DNA of 64,000 nt from Candidatus Bathyarchaeota archaeon (GCA_963828195.1 CAWHDT010000001.1:352001-416000); one strand, 5' to 3'; counted from the first letter of the stretch, positions 49,901 to 61,226 are shown. A program made the numbers and translations. The notes: generated by a model not told the origin, from the letters alone.

Positions 49901-50884
49901 TTAGATTGGGTACGCTCCGCAAATCTTGCAGAACTGTATCTTTGTTTTAACGTAGCTGTGGCATTTTGGACATTCGATGCCGCCTGCAACTTTTGGAAAG
50001 ATGTCTTTTGGTTTGCCGAATTTCTTGCGGAATTGCTCGTAGTAGAGTAATTGTTCTTTGTCTTGTATTTCCACGTCGTCTGCCGCTTTTATCGCCTGCT
50101 TTTTCTCTGCGAAGTCTTTGTCGGTGACCATGTCGTTGAAGTATGTTCTGAGCGTTTCTGTTCCTGTTCCTGCTTCAAGTGGCGCTTTTGGTCTCCAAAT
50201 AATGTCTTTAGGTATCACGTCTTCGTAGGCTTTGCGAAGTATCCATTTGCTGTATTTCACTCCATTGTACATGTTTATCTTGTATTTGATAGGTAGTTTC
50301 TTTGCCCAATTCATGAACAAAGGATCCATGTAAGGTGCACATATGGTCTCTCCAAGAGCCGCAGCCATCGTAAGTGAGGAAAATCCCATTTCCGCCCACA
50401 TTTCTTCTTGCTTTTTCGCAAATTCCGCTTCAGTTAAGTGGAATTGCCATGGGTACCCGAAAAGCTCGTCTAATGCGTCGCCTGTGAATACGCTTTTTAT
50501 TCCTTTGTCTTTAAAGATGGTTAAGCCAATGTAGACGGGTAGGCTGTTTCTGATTTCCATCGGATCGAATTTTTTGAGTGCATCTACGACTTTGGGGTAA
50601 AATTTGAGTACGTCTTCTTTGCCGAACTGGTACGTTTCTTGTTTTAGGTTTAGGAGGGCGACCATTTTCTTTACGTATTCGGTGTCTTTTGGGTTTCCAT
50701 GTTTAAAAGCTAAAGTAAGACATGGAATTTCAGGCTTGTACTTTACTGCTTCGTAAGCAATTATCTGAGTGTCTGTTCCGGCGGAAAATAAGAATCCGTC
50801 AGCCATGTTTTTCTTTACAACTTTGTTGACTAATGTTCTAACTTCTGGCAAAAGTTTAGTAACTTCTGATGGATCTATCGTCAT
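49901..50884 (-). CDS. Asparagine synthase-like synthetase domain without glutaminase, with C-terminal zinc ribbon
   Basis: FSAGTDT (PP-loop variant), TGDALDELFGY, KWILRKAY, RPK; CPKC...CKICG. Confidence 0.82.
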   Translation of the reverse strand: MTIDPSEVTKLLPEVRTLVNKVVKKNMADGFLFSAGTDTQIIAYEAVKYKPEIPCLTLAFKHGNPKDTEYVKKMVALLNLKQETYQFGKEDVLKFYPKVVDALKKFDPMEIRNSLPVYIGLTIFKDKGIKSVFTGDALDELFGYPWQFHLTEAEFAKKQEEMWAEMGFSSLTMAAALGETICAPYMDPLFMNWAKKLPIKYKINMYNGVKYSKWILRKAYEDVIPKDIIWRPKAPLEAGTGTETLRTYFNDMVTDKDFAEKKQAIKAADDVEIQDKEQLLYYEQFRKKFGKPKDIFPKVAGGIECPKCHSYVKTKIQFCKICGAYPI

Positions 50885-51116
50885 TTCTTTAGCCTCGATA
50901 TACAGTGTTTGTCATCCATCCAGTATTTAAGGTTTCTTCATATGCAAACAAAAGCCAAAAAATAGTAAACATATGTGTTGAAAGTGAGCAAAATACTGAA
51001 CAGTCGAGGGCTGGCGCGGAAATAACAATCAATTAGCCTCTAAACAGCACATTTAAAAGTTAAAAAACCAGAGTCATAAACAATCTCTCAAGTAGTTCCA
51101 TGGAGATTTAACCCCT

Positions 51117-51869
51117 ATGAAAACAAGCTTACTTCACATGAAAATACGCAACTCACTGCAAAGTAATATACTGGCAGCCAAACAAGCAATCCAAAAAGCC
51201 GCTAAACAAGGCCCAGCCTTGATCGCTCTGCCTGAGTATTTCACAGTTCCAAACTGCATGGCTGACTTCACTGATGCGTCAAGTATTTCCAAGGAGACCT
51301 GCAGAGAAACCCTAAATTTTCTGGCTGAAATTTCTAAGGAAATATCAGGCGTTTACTTGCTTGGCGGCTCAGTGCTTGCAGAAGATAACGGAAAATACTT
51401 CAATACAAGCACTCTTTGGAGGAACGGCTCACTTTTAGCTAAATACAAAAAAATAAACCCCATCCAAGCCGAAATCAAAGCGGGCGTTGCCAAAGGTTCC
51501 CAGCCACTTGTTGTGGACACGGAAATCGGCAAAATTGGTCTACTGGTGTGTGCTGACACGTTTGACCCAGAACTCGTAAAACGAACAGCCAACTTGGGCG
51601 CCGAAATTCTTTCCCTTCCAGTTGCAGCCATGGGCACACATCCGACGGTGAAGGGTCATCCTTTAACCGAGCAGATTGCACGGGATTATGGCTTGTTTCT
51701 GCTAAAGGTTGGAAATGTGTGCTCCAGTATGAGAGGCGGACGAAGCGCAATCATTGCCCCATGGGGCGTCCTTGGCGAAGTAACCGATGCGCCCGAAGAC
51801 TCGATTTTGACACGGGACCTTGACATGCTGCGGCTAAAAGAGTACCGAAGCAAACTCAGTAAATTTTAG
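51117..51869 (+). CDS. Carbon-nitrogen hydrolase (nitrilase superfamily)
   Basis: E-K-C triad: LPEYF, YKK, VCAD; GRSAIIAPWG. Confidence 0.9.
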   Translation: MKTSLLHMKIRNSLQSNILAAKQAIQKAAKQGPALIALPEYFTVPNCMADFTDASSISKETCRETLNFLAEISKEISGVYLLGGSVLAEDNGKYFNTSTLWRNGSLLAKYKKINPIQAEIKAGVAKGSQPLVVDTEIGKIGLLVCADTFDPELVKRTANLGAEILSLPVAAMGTHPTVKGHPLTEQIARDYGLFLLKVGNVCSSMRGGRSAIIAPWGVLGEVTDAPEDSILTRDLDMLRLKEYRSKLSKF

Positions 51870-52767
51870 CCCAATCATCGACTATTCGGCTCATTTCCGC
51901 AAAGTCGTATTTTACGAGCCAACTTCGGAAGTCGCGGTTTTGGACAGCAAACCTGCAGACCTGCCGCGCATTTTCAGAATCATGCACTAAAAGCAGCACA
52001 GCATCCACCTTGTGCCTGGAAACATAAGCCACGGTCTTGAGCAATGCATCAAGTTTTTCGTCGGTGGGCATTTCGGCGCTTAACTCTATGACAACAGGCT
52101 TCTTTAACGAGGCAGCAAAATCCCTTGCCAAGGTCACTGCCCAATAGTTGGTGAAGTAGTCTCTTGACGAAAGAGGCACATGAAAATAATCAACGAGGTC
52201 ACCGATGGCGTTTAGGTCTAGCCCGAATCGTTCTTTAGCAAGAACCGGGTCAGGGTAAATTTCAACTGCAAAAGTGCCTTTCACCCGCGCTTTGGCTTCC
52301 GCCACAAACTTCGTTACCGTTTGGGCTCTCCACTGCGTCCAGTTTAAGCCGCTTTGTTTCCAATGCCCGACGCACCTTGGGCAAACACAGTACTCTTGGT
52401 CTGGAAAATGGTAGAGGTTCAAGGTCACGCCCAAAATGTTTTCTTTACTTAGCCCTTCGATGTAGTCTAAGACGCCCGCCCTATATTCGGGCTCGGTTGG
52501 GCAAACAAAGTCAAAAGCCAAATTTGACCGCCTGTTCTTACGGAGCGCTGGTCCAGTGTTTGACATGGCGACGCGGCTGGGGTTTTCCCTGATCGCTTTT
52601 GCATCACAGAACACGGTGACGTCGTTTTGCATACCTTCGGCGGCTGGGAAAGCTTGGCCGTCTGCCCATTTCGAGTAGTAGACGTGAAGGTTATAGCCCT
52701 CGACTTTTTCGGGCTTGTATGTAACTAACCCTATCTGCATATTCTTTACTTTGATGCGCACAAACAA
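51856..52767 (-). CDS. Hypothetical TIM-barrel protein (glycoside-hydrolase-like fold) with Cys cluster
   Basis: FVCPT.PEYR, CVCPRC, W.QWRA..VT.FV, FGLD. Confidence 0.6.
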   Translation of the reverse strand: MFVRIKVKNMQIGLVTYKPEKVEGYNLHVYYSKWADGQAFPAAEGMQNDVTVFCDAKAIRENPSRVAMSNTGPALRKNRRSNLAFDFVCPTEPEYRAGVLDYIEGLSKENILGVTLNLYHFPDQEYCVCPRCVGHWKQSGLNWTQWRAQTVTKFVAEAKARVKGTFAVEIYPDPVLAKERFGLDLNAIGDLVDYFHVPLSSRDYFTNYWAVTLARDFAASLKKPVVIELSAEMPTDEKLDALLKTVAYVSRHKVDAVLLLVHDSENARQVCRFAVQNRDFRSWLVKYDFAEMSRIVDDWAKIY

Positions 52768-52801
52768 TATATTCTTGGCGCTTCACTAAATCTTGATTTG
52801 C

Positions 52802-53023
52802 ATGGGCAAACAAGATAAATCCTTTATAATCATAGACACATCTAAATGTTCTCCCTGTGCCGGGCTTATCTGCGTTGGTTGCTGTCCTCAAGGTGCTTTA
52901 GAGGAAGGTAAAAACAGAAAGCCCCAAGTTATCGATATAGTCCAATGCACAAGGTGTGGTGTCTGCGTAAACTTGTGCCCGTCAAAAGCCATTACTATAA
53001 ATCCTAGTAAACCACAAAAATAG
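52802..53023 (+). CDS. 4Fe-4S dicluster ferredoxin
   Basis: CSPCAGLICVGCCP and CTRCGVCVNLCP. Confidence 0.9.
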   Translation: MGKQDKSFIIIDTSKCSPCAGLICVGCCPQGALEEGKNRKPQVIDIVQCTRCGVCVNLCPSKAITINPSKPQK

Positions 53024-53045
53024 CCGCCTGGGAGAACTGACGGAT

Positions 53046-54092
53046 TTGGAGCAAATTAGCCTTGCAGGCAATGCTAAGCTTATCGTGAAGGATAATGTGT
53101 TAGCCGTATTTTGTGATAATGGTTTAAAGACTGTGAGTTCAGCGTTTTATAATGGCGGGCGCAAACAGGTTAAAGCTGTCCTCAATGTGGGCGTGCCGGA
53201 AGGGTACAATGACCGTTCCTTGCACCTTGACCCGCTTGAACTAATAACCTCATCCGCAGCAAAGTTGGGTTTCACAAAAGACTATCTTGCGATGGTTACA
53301 GCTGCAAAAATAGAAAACTACAGTCTAGTAACCAAGGATGCTGATGACTTTTCAGTCACCGTTGTAGCAACTGCGGGCTGTAAACACGGGGAATCTTCAG
53401 GCGAAGAAATGAACGTTCAAGAAATCCGCGGCACCATAAACATTATAGTCCTAATCAATGCTAAACCGACGGACAGTTGTTTGGTGGCCTCGTTAATCAC
53501 CGCTACCGAGGCAAAGTCGGCGGCTCTCAGAGACTTAGACGTTAGAAGCCTCTACACAGGCGACTCAGCTACAGGCTCAATAACTGACAGCGTGACAATC
53601 GCATCGACAAGACAAGGAAAAAAAATCAGTTATGGCGGTCCAGCGTCTAAACTGGGCAAGCTGGTCGGGTATTGCTCAAGGAGAGCCGTTACCGAAGCCC
53701 TAATCAAACAGGAGCCCTTTTGGGGTTGCCGAACCGTTTTGGATAGAATTAAAGAAAGACATCTTCCACTGGAGAAAATAGCTGCCGAACTATCAAAAAT
53801 TGAAGGGTTACGCCTTGATGAGAAGGCTTTGGCTGAAATTTTGAAAAATAGATCCATCTACAATGCTTATTTGTTGGCTGCAACAAAGCTGGATGATGAT
53901 TTTAAAAAAAACCTGTTACCAGCAGACCTTGGAGATGTAACTAAGTTAAGTAAACACTTCGGTAGCCCCATGGATTCTATGTTGGATTGCTCAAAATTGC
54001 CCGGTTACGACTTGGTTGATTTGCCGCCCTTCCTCAAAAATACTTTAATAAATATTGTCAAAGAAACCCTTTCTAAGGATAACTTTGCTTAA
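53046..54092 (+). CDS. cbiZ: Adenosylcobinamide amidohydrolase with C-terminal extension
   Basis: SSA..NGG, MVTAA, ATAG, GTINI, TATEAK..AL, ATGSITDS. Confidence 0.85.
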   Translation: MEQISLAGNAKLIVKDNVLAVFCDNGLKTVSSAFYNGGRKQVKAVLNVGVPEGYNDRSLHLDPLELITSSAAKLGFTKDYLAMVTAAKIENYSLVTKDADDFSVTVVATAGCKHGESSGEEMNVQEIRGTINIIVLINAKPTDSCLVASLITATEAKSAALRDLDVRSLYTGDSATGSITDSVTIASTRQGKKISYGGPASKLGKLVGYCSRRAVTEALIKQEPFWGCRTVLDRIKERHLPLEKIAAELSKIEGLRLDEKALAEILKNRSIYNAYLLAATKLDDDFKKNLLPADLGDVTKLSKHFGSPMDSMLDCSKLPGYDLVDLPPFLKNTLINIVKETLSKDNFA

Positions 54093-54508
54093 ACTAAATA
54101 ATTGGGTAGTCGCTGATTATGCGGGAGCTATTTTTTGAAGCACTTCCTATTCTTCTAAAAACCGAAGTATGATACAACCTTCATGTGTGACCTACCACTT
54201 CTAAAAGTTGTCACCAAAGTAAAACAAAGACGTGAACCGACCTTTCGTTTCCTTTTCAATTGCTGACCGCTAGAGGAGTGAATCTAAAGACTCAATTTAG
54301 GGTGCGAAAAGCTTTTTTTCCCTCTTTTTTAGAGGTTTAAATAAAATGCCGTGAAAAAATGGTTATTTGGCTGATTAATACCTAAATGTGCCCCTTTTAT
54401 ATAAATTAACCCCGATTAAAGCCCCGTGTTAAGGTGGGTTAGTACAAAACCTTATAAACAAACCGAGCGCATGCTATTAGCATAAAATTTAAAGGAGAAA
54501 AAGAAAAA

Positions 54509-57346
54509 ATGCAAATTGCTAAAAACAGAATTGCAGCTATTGCGATTGCTATATTCTTAACAGTTTCAATGGGGGCTTCAATGATGCTTATACCGTCTGC
54601 CAGCGCACATAATCCCGCATGGAATATTCCAACAAATGCTTACGTTACTGCGTTTCCTAATCCGACCGGTGTCGGTCAGCCAGTACAAATAGTTATGTTC
54701 CTCGGGCAAGCACCTTATTTCAATGCCGCGTTAACGAACAATTTTAGATACCATAACTACCAGTTGACAATTGTTGCGCCTGACGGAACATCATCATCAG
54801 TGACTTTTGCTTACGTCTCAGACCCAACTGACGCTCAGGACTATTCCTACACACCAACTCAAGTAGGCACGTACAACATTACCTTTAGCTATCCAGGTGA
54901 AACAATAACTAATAATACCCAACCCGTCACCAATCCAGTATCAGCATACATTAACGACACTTATCTACCCAGCTCCAACACATGCACAATAACCGTAACA
55001 CAAACACCACTACCCGCACTCGTAACTAGCACAACCGCGTCTCCAACAGCTTACTGGACACGCCCAATATACGGTGAAAACACAGCTTGGTACACTATTT
55101 CTTCAAACTGGCTCGGCACAGGTTCTCCTGTTTCATCTGCTGTCGGTTCCGGCGATCTCTCAGGCTTCCCTGCAGGATCAACTTTGGAGAGAACTCCAGG
55201 TGATGCCGTAGGACCAGTCACCAATCACGTAATGTGGACAACACCGATGGAAGAAGGAGGAGTTGTAGGAGGAAATGACCTGCTCATCCCGGGAAACACT
55301 TACTTTGAAGGCTCAGCATACGAGAACAGATTCGACAATCCAATAATAGTCTACGGAGATCTATACTACACATTACCAGTATCATTCGCAGGAACTCAGG
55401 CTGGAGACACTGTATGCCAATGTTTAGCAACAGGACAAATTCTCTGGGAAAAGAATGATATACCTGCCCTATCTGGCGCAATGATCTTAGACGTTGAAAA
55501 CCCTGATCAACACGGAGTTTATCCAGCAGTCTTATTCACATCCAACTTCGGCGAGGTTTTTGATGCATACACAGGAGACCTGCTGTTCAACACAACTAGC
55601 GTTCCCTCAGGCACTGCAGCCCAGGGTCCAAGCGGTGAACAGTTAAGGTACGTATTCGATAATTCAGGCACTGCAGCAAATCCAGATTGGACTTTGGCTG
55701 AATGGAATGCATCCTATCTGTTCTTCCCAGCTGGCTATGCAATGACACCATCAATTTATAATGCGACTGACACAGCAAATCCCTCAGGCACTGTAACCAT
55801 ACCTGTTCCAGCCCCAGAAAACGGCATTAACGACCCTAACAGCAATAACCAAAACACTAATGTTTACACAGTGAACGCATCCACCACAATCGGAAACCTT
55901 GACCGCTTTGACTGGAACATCACAGTACCCTGGCTCAACGTTATGGGCAATCAAACTGATTCAACTGTAACTTTTACAAATGACACAACTTTAGTTGAAA
56001 AAGGCTACACCGCTAACCCTGCGACCACCAACCCTGATGCATCGAACGCAGCCTCTGTGGTTTATGCGCTTTACGACGATGTGCTGATTTGCAGAAACGG
56101 TTCTCTACCTGGCGTAGGCATAGATAATCCCTACACATTCTTCGCCGTGGACATCAATGCATCCCATGTCAACACTTTCGGCAACATAACATGGATGCAG
56201 ACATATAACCCACCAGCAGGCAACATCACTATATCAATGGGTCCAATCGATCCATCGGCAGGCGTCTTCACTGAAGGCTATAAGGAAACTATGCAATGGG
56301 TCGGATTCAGCATGGCAACAGGCCAACAAGTATGGGGTCCAACTCCATCTCAAAATGCCCTTGACTACTTCGGCAACCCAATCTATCCATATGTAACCGG
56401 CGCAACCGCTTATGGCAACCTCTACAGCAGTGGATACGCAGGAGTACTCTACTGCTACTCAATGACCACTGGAAACGTAGTGTGGACTTATGGTAACGGC
56501 GGCGAAGGCAACAGCACCAACAGCGGAGGTTACGTACCTTTGGGATACTATCCAACATTCGTTCAAGCTATCGGCAACGGAGTAATATATCTCGCAACCA
56601 CTGAGCACACTATTGAAACACCCATCTTCAAATACGCATTAGCACGAGCCATTAACGCTACAACTGGGGCAGAAATCTGGACTCTTTCAAACTACAACGG
56701 TGAATTCAGCTCAATAGCCTATGCTATCGGAGACGGCTACGCGACATTCTTCAACGGCTACGACGACCAAGTATACTGCGTTGGCCAAGGACCAACCCAA
56801 ACTACAGTTAGCGCACCAAACGCAGGTCTGGCATTCGGACAACCAGTGGTAATAACCGGTACAGTAACTGACATTTCCCCAGGCACTCAGCAAGCAGAGC
56901 AGAAAGGTGACTTTCCAAACGGCGTTCCAGTTGCATCTGACGCAATCATGAACGATTGGATGGGCTATATTTACCAGCAGCAACCGCTCCCCACGAACTT
57001 CACCGGCGTCACAGTGACAATAAACGTCGTTGACTCTAACGGCAACTACCGAACCATAGGCACCGCAACCACTACTTCAGCTGGCACATACAGCCTCGTA
57101 TGGACACCCGACATCTCAGGCAGCTACAACGTTATCGCAACTTTCGCTGGCACCAACGCTTACTATGGATCATCCGCACAAACCGCCTTTGATGTAATGA
57201 CCGCACCATCAGCCAGCCCCGCGCCAACAGCATCCCCGACAACTGCCGCTAACCTGTACTTTGTTCCTGCAATCGCTGGACTATTCGTCTTGATCATCGT
57301 AGTAGCTATCGTACTAGCTCTATTGATGCTTAGGAAGAAACCATAA
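54509..57346 (+). CDS. Large secreted, TM-anchored PQQ-like beta-propeller protein
   Basis: Signal peptide; PNPTGVGQ, YWTRPI, TGQ..W repeats, YCVGQGPTQTTVSAP; C-terminal TM + RKKP. Confidence 0.85.
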   Translation: MQIAKNRIAAIAIAIFLTVSMGASMMLIPSASAHNPAWNIPTNAYVTAFPNPTGVGQPVQIVMFLGQAPYFNAALTNNFRYHNYQLTIVAPDGTSSSVTFAYVSDPTDAQDYSYTPTQVGTYNITFSYPGETITNNTQPVTNPVSAYINDTYLPSSNTCTITVTQTPLPALVTSTTASPTAYWTRPIYGENTAWYTISSNWLGTGSPVSSAVGSGDLSGFPAGSTLERTPGDAVGPVTNHVMWTTPMEEGGVVGGNDLLIPGNTYFEGSAYENRFDNPIIVYGDLYYTLPVSFAGTQAGDTVCQCLATGQILWEKNDIPALSGAMILDVENPDQHGVYPAVLFTSNFGEVFDAYTGDLLFNTTSVPSGTAAQGPSGEQLRYVFDNSGTAANPDWTLAEWNASYLFFPAGYAMTPSIYNATDTANPSGTVTIPVPAPENGINDPNSNNQNTNVYTVNASTTIGNLDRFDWNITVPWLNVMGNQTDSTVTFTNDTTLVEKGYTANPATTNPDASNAASVVYALYDDVLICRNGSLPGVGIDNPYTFFAVDINASHVNTFGNITWMQTYNPPAGNITISMGPIDPSAGVFTEGYKETMQWVGFSMATGQQVWGPTPSQNALDYFGNPIYPYVTGATAYGNLYSSGYAGVLYCYSMTTGNVVWTYGNGGEGNSTNSGGYVPLGYYPTFVQAIGNGVIYLATTEHTIETPIFKYALARAINATTGAEIWTLSNYNGEFSSIAYAIGDGYATFFNGYDDQVYCVGQGPTQTTVSAPNAGLAFGQPVVITGTVTDISPGTQQAEQKGDFPNGVPVASDAIMNDWMGYIYQQQPLPTNFTGVTVTINVVDSNGNYRTIGTATTTSAGTYSLVWTPDISGSYNVIATFAGTNAYYGSSAQTAFDVMTAPSASPAPTASPTTAANLYFVPAIAGLFVLIIVVAIVLALLMLRKKP

Positions 57347-57485
57347 ATCCGCGCAAAAGAAAAAAACCAATTTCCCTTTCTTTTCTTTTTTATTGTAGTT
57401 ATCGGCAAATCAAATTTTAAATTATATTAATCTCAAAATCCATTAATGACAAAGTTAACTCGGCTCTATGAGGCGCAAAAAATAA

Positions 57486-58301
57486 TTGCTTACAGATAAA
57501 CCGCTTAAAGAAAAAATTCATCAAGCCAACGTTACAGTCCATCGGCAAGAAGCACAGTACTACGAGATAATACATCCAGAAGTGTACAGTAAACAAGAAC
57601 AAAAAAGAATAACCGTTAAATTGGAAACGATAAGTAAACTTGTTACAAATGACCAAAAATACGTTCTTGATGTAGGCGCGGGAACAGGCAATTTAACGGG
57701 CAAACTTTTGCGGATGGGCTACGATGTTACCGCCATCGAGATCTCGCCAGAAATGTGCAGAATCCTGCAAAAAAAATATAGTACCTACTTGAAAAATAAC
57801 AAGTTAACGATCATCAATTCACCAATAGAAAATGTTTCTTTTGATGAGGGCAAATTTGACCTAGTAACATGTTACTCGGTGCTGCATCATCTGCCTGATT
57901 ACATCAACGCAGTTAGAAGCTTCTCCGTTTATCTAAAGGAAGGCGGCGTAATTTACATTGACCATGAAGCATCTCCTTTTTATTGGAAAAAAGAATCAAG
58001 CAGTTTAGCCGACTTCGTCAAAAACATCTACTTCCATTCAAACCCCCTATTTAACAGCTTATACTTTCAAATCATCGGGTTAAAAGTTCCCACAATCGAT
58101 TATTCCCTTTCGGATTACTGGCACAAAAAAGAACACTCATTAAACCACCAGACCTTACAGCAAATCTTCAAAGAAGAACATTATGAATACGCCAAACGCA
58201 CAGACTACTATCAAAACAGCACATGGATCCCAAACCCGCTCTCCATAGCTTATCGACTACTCTGTAAGCCTGAAATGAGTTTTTGGATAGCGAAAAAATA
58301 A
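57486..58301 (+). CDS. Class I SAM-dependent methyltransferase
   Basis: VLDVGAGTG, FDLV...SVLHH.PD, LKEGG. Confidence 0.9.
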   Translation: MLTDKPLKEKIHQANVTVHRQEAQYYEIIHPEVYSKQEQKRITVKLETISKLVTNDQKYVLDVGAGTGNLTGKLLRMGYDVTAIEISPEMCRILQKKYSTYLKNNKLTIINSPIENVSFDEGKFDLVTCYSVLHHLPDYINAVRSFSVYLKEGGVIYIDHEASPFYWKKESSSLADFVKNIYFHSNPLFNSLYFQIIGLKVPTIDYSLSDYWHKKEHSLNHQTLQQIFKEEHYEYAKRTDYYQNSTWIPNPLSIAYRLLCKPEMSFWIAKK

Positions 58302-58316
58302 AAAACCCACTAATAA

Positions 58317-59693
58317 TTAAGCGATTCCTGCGTTTTTCTGTCCGGTCGGGTGTAAACGACGTTTTGCAAAGTTCCAAGCGCCCTCACGTCTGACCCGCTT
58401 AACTATTTGTTTAGGCGTCATGTGAAATTCTTTGAAGAACCGCCTCTGTATAGCCAAAAGCGAATCGTAATCAAACTCCTGTGACTTCACACTTAGCAAG
58501 AACTCATCGAGTTTTGTGTAGTTTTTGTTTTCCAGCAGTTCCTGGTAGAGTTTGCTGTCAGGGTACGCGATGAAAATGTTGAATTGGCACCAGTCAGGGT
58601 CAAGCTTCTTAGCGAACTTGAGCGATTCCTCCATGTCTTTGAGGGTTTCATCGGGTAAACCGAGCATAAATGAGCAGGCAAATTTTATTCCGTTCTTTTT
58701 GCATAGTTTAACCGCGTTTTCCGCCTGCTGCGGCGTTGTGTTCCTGCCGATTCGCTTAAGAATTCTTGGAGAAGCTGATTCTACCCCGAACCAAATCGTT
58801 TTGCATCCGGCTTTGCTCATCAACTCCAAAAGCTCTTGGTCCACTAAATCCAGCCGTGTATCGCATACCCACTGTAAATCAAGCTTGTGCTGTATCATCA
58901 GGTTACAAAGCTCAATGGTTTCTTTTTTGCGGAGCGTGAAGTTGTCGTTGATGAAGTAGATGCCTTTTGTGCCGTATTTGCTTTGCATATCCTGTATTTC
59001 GCCAATAACTCTTTTTGGGCTGAAACCGCGGCACATGTTCCCCCAAAGCTTTCTTGTCTCGCAAAAACCGCAGTTGAACACGCAGCCACGGGAGATACTC
59101 ATCACGTCGGCTGGTTTAGCACTTAGAAACTCAATTGTTCTGTCGTAGAGTTCAAGCGGCAACAGATGCCTCGCGGGATAAGGGATTTCATCCATGTTCT
59201 CGATGAATTTGGGTTGGTTTAAGATGTTTTTGCCTGCTCTTCTGCATGCAACTCCGGGGATGGCCATAGCCGCTGGCTCGTTGCCCGTTGCTATGCAGGT
59301 TGCGAGCTGAGTGATTGCCCTCTCGCCCTCGCCCATAACCACGTAGTCGATTTCAGGATACGCAAGCAGGCTTTCAGGCATGTAAGAAGCGTGCCATCCG
59401 CCCACAACAATCTTGCATTTAGGCTGGGCTTCTTTAATTGCTTTTGCGGTTTCAATGCAGCGAGGATAAGTCGCTGAACCGCATGTTATGCCAACAATCT
59501 GCGGATTAATTTTCGTTACGAATTGCTTAACTTCATCTATTGATTTTTTCATTAAGTAGTTGTCGAGCATTTGCACTTCGAAACCTGCTTTTTCAAGTGC
59601 TGCGGCAACATACATCAAGCCTATTGGAGGCAACCGTTTGCCAAGGTACCATGCGCCGTTTTTGGGCGGAGCAGTCGTCATTAAGAGAATCAC
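58317..59693 (-). CDS. Cobalamin-binding radical SAM protein
   Basis: PPIGLMYVAA, VVGGWHAS, GEGE, SRGCVFNCGFC, GVES, FMLGLP.ET. Confidence 0.92.
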   Translation of the reverse strand: MILLMTTAPPKNGAWYLGKRLPPIGLMYVAAALEKAGFEVQMLDNYLMKKSIDEVKQFVTKINPQIVGITCGSATYPRCIETAKAIKEAQPKCKIVVGGWHASYMPESLLAYPEIDYVVMGEGERAITQLATCIATGNEPAAMAIPGVACRRAGKNILNQPKFIENMDEIPYPARHLLPLELYDRTIEFLSAKPADVMSISRGCVFNCGFCETRKLWGNMCRGFSPKRVIGEIQDMQSKYGTKGIYFINDNFTLRKKETIELCNLMIQHKLDLQWVCDTRLDLVDQELLELMSKAGCKTIWFGVESASPRILKRIGRNTTPQQAENAVKLCKKNGIKFACSFMLGLPDETLKDMEESLKFAKKLDPDWCQFNIFIAYPDSKLYQELLENKNYTKLDEFLLSVKSQEFDYDSLLAIQRRFFKEFHMTPKQIVKRVRREGAWNFAKRRLHPTGQKNAGIA

Positions 59694-59949
59694 GTGAGAC
59701 TTTTCTCCTCAATGCGGAATGATTTATTTCGAAGGTAAGCGGGCATGCTTTTGCCTCTCCATCAATGTTTGGGTTAAAACTTTGACTATGCGCAAGTTAA
59801 TAGCTTTAACGGAACATATCAGTGACAAACGTTTCGTCTAGTTTTTGCTGTTTTCAAGTTTGATTCAGGCTTCGAGAAATTATGATGACGTCTGAGATTG
59901 AACTTTAACTACTATTTGACTAAAGCCTTTCAGAATATGCTGACTTCTC

Positions 59950-60144
59950 TTAATTTTGATTCTCGACTAAAAACAGGTACATGAATATCATGCTTAAAAC
60001 AAAGGCAACCATCCCAAGCAGGATAAACGTTAAAAACGGTACGCCGCTAAAGAACCGGCTGTATAACGGCACTTGATCAATGACTATTCTCGCAACTATA
60101 TACAACCAAAGAAGAAAAGTGTACAGCCAAAGCGTAGCGAACAC
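59950..60144 (-). CDS. Small 2-TM membrane protein
   Basis: Two hydrophobic helices; GGAGG upstream. Confidence 0.55.
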   Translation of the reverse strand: MFATLWLYTFLLWLYIVARIVIDQVPLYSRFFSGVPFLTFILLGMVAFVLSMIFMYLFLVENQN

Positions 60145-60301
60145 CGCTTTCTTTTTCCTAATAATCTAAACCTCCAACAACAGCATTGATGACTCAGCAT
60201 ACTTTGAACTCGCGCACATTAAAGAATCTTCACCCAGTTTTTACCTTCATCCCACTTAATGCAAAGAAGCTCTTCTTTCAATCTCTGATTAATCCGTGCC
60301 G

Positions 60302-60913
60302 CTATGCTGAGTTAATCTCTATTTTCGTGACAAGGTATGCCCAATACGAGCCAGGTGTAACCAAGCCTTGAGGTCCAACAATCGCCACAGTTAGTGGACC
60401 AGTGCCTGAAGCTAAACTCGTATCGTTGCAGTAGTAAGCAATTATCACCGTCAACGGCTGCGAAGCTTGTACTGCGGCTCCTGCATTTGGGTCATAAGTG
60501 TTTTGTTCTTGCCCCTGCACCTGTTGATATGTAAAGGTGACTTGATAGCCATCTGATCCTGTAACCGTAACATTCTCCTCACTTGTAACACCTCCAACCA
60601 AATCCAAGAGCGTCAAAATAGGCACCCCTGTGTAGTTTCCTACAGAAATTTTTCCCTCATCATTAATGTATCCCCCACTCGCTGAATAGGATTTTAAGTC
60701 AGCGAGCTCACCCGAGTTCAGTGTCTTTTTTTGTCCATCAGCCCCTACGAGAGTCAATTTTAGAGTTGGAAGGGAAGCCTTCGATTTTGTGGCGTTTGAA
60801 GCCGGCCGATAGATTTGCCAGGAAACCAAAACCGCTACTACAACAAAGATGACAATAAGAATCGCTAAAAGCTTCTTGTTGGATTTGCTTTTAGCTCCCA
60901 AATCTGACTTCAC
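60302..60913 (-). CDS. Membrane-anchored protein with a molybdopterin-oxidoreductase-like (sulfite oxidase fold) domain
   Basis: YTGVP...LLD.VG, GSDGY, IIAY..N...L, GPL, W...V..IE. Confidence 0.65.
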   Translation of the reverse strand: MKSDLGAKSKSNKKLLAILIVIFVVVAVLVSWQIYRPASNATKSKASLPTLKLTLVGADGQKKTLNSGELADLKSYSASGGYINDEGKISVGNYTGVPILTLLDLVGGVTSEENVTVTGSDGYQVTFTYQQVQGQEQNTYDPNAGAAVQASQPLTVIIAYYCNDTSLASGTGPLTVAIVGPQGLVTPGSYWAYLVTKIEINSA

Positions 60914-61226
60914 CTGATAATCATCCTTAACTCGTATTCAGCGCTAAACACATAAAAAGATATTCAATCATGAAGCAGTCTTGCACAAAATTAATTTTAA
61001 GCAGGGTTAGCTCGTGTTCATCAACTTGTGACCTGCCCTCCGAATTTCTTTCAGAAAAGCGTCATTTAGCGAACAAAAAATGGCAAATCCTGGCAACTTG
61101 AAATGCTGCTCGTAGAACTTGCTTTTCTTCAGAAAAAGTTTCTCTTTTACATTTTCCACAAAACATTAAATACCGTGCGTTACTAGGGCATATTATAGGT
61201 TTGAACAAGCCAAGATCGGTGTCTTC

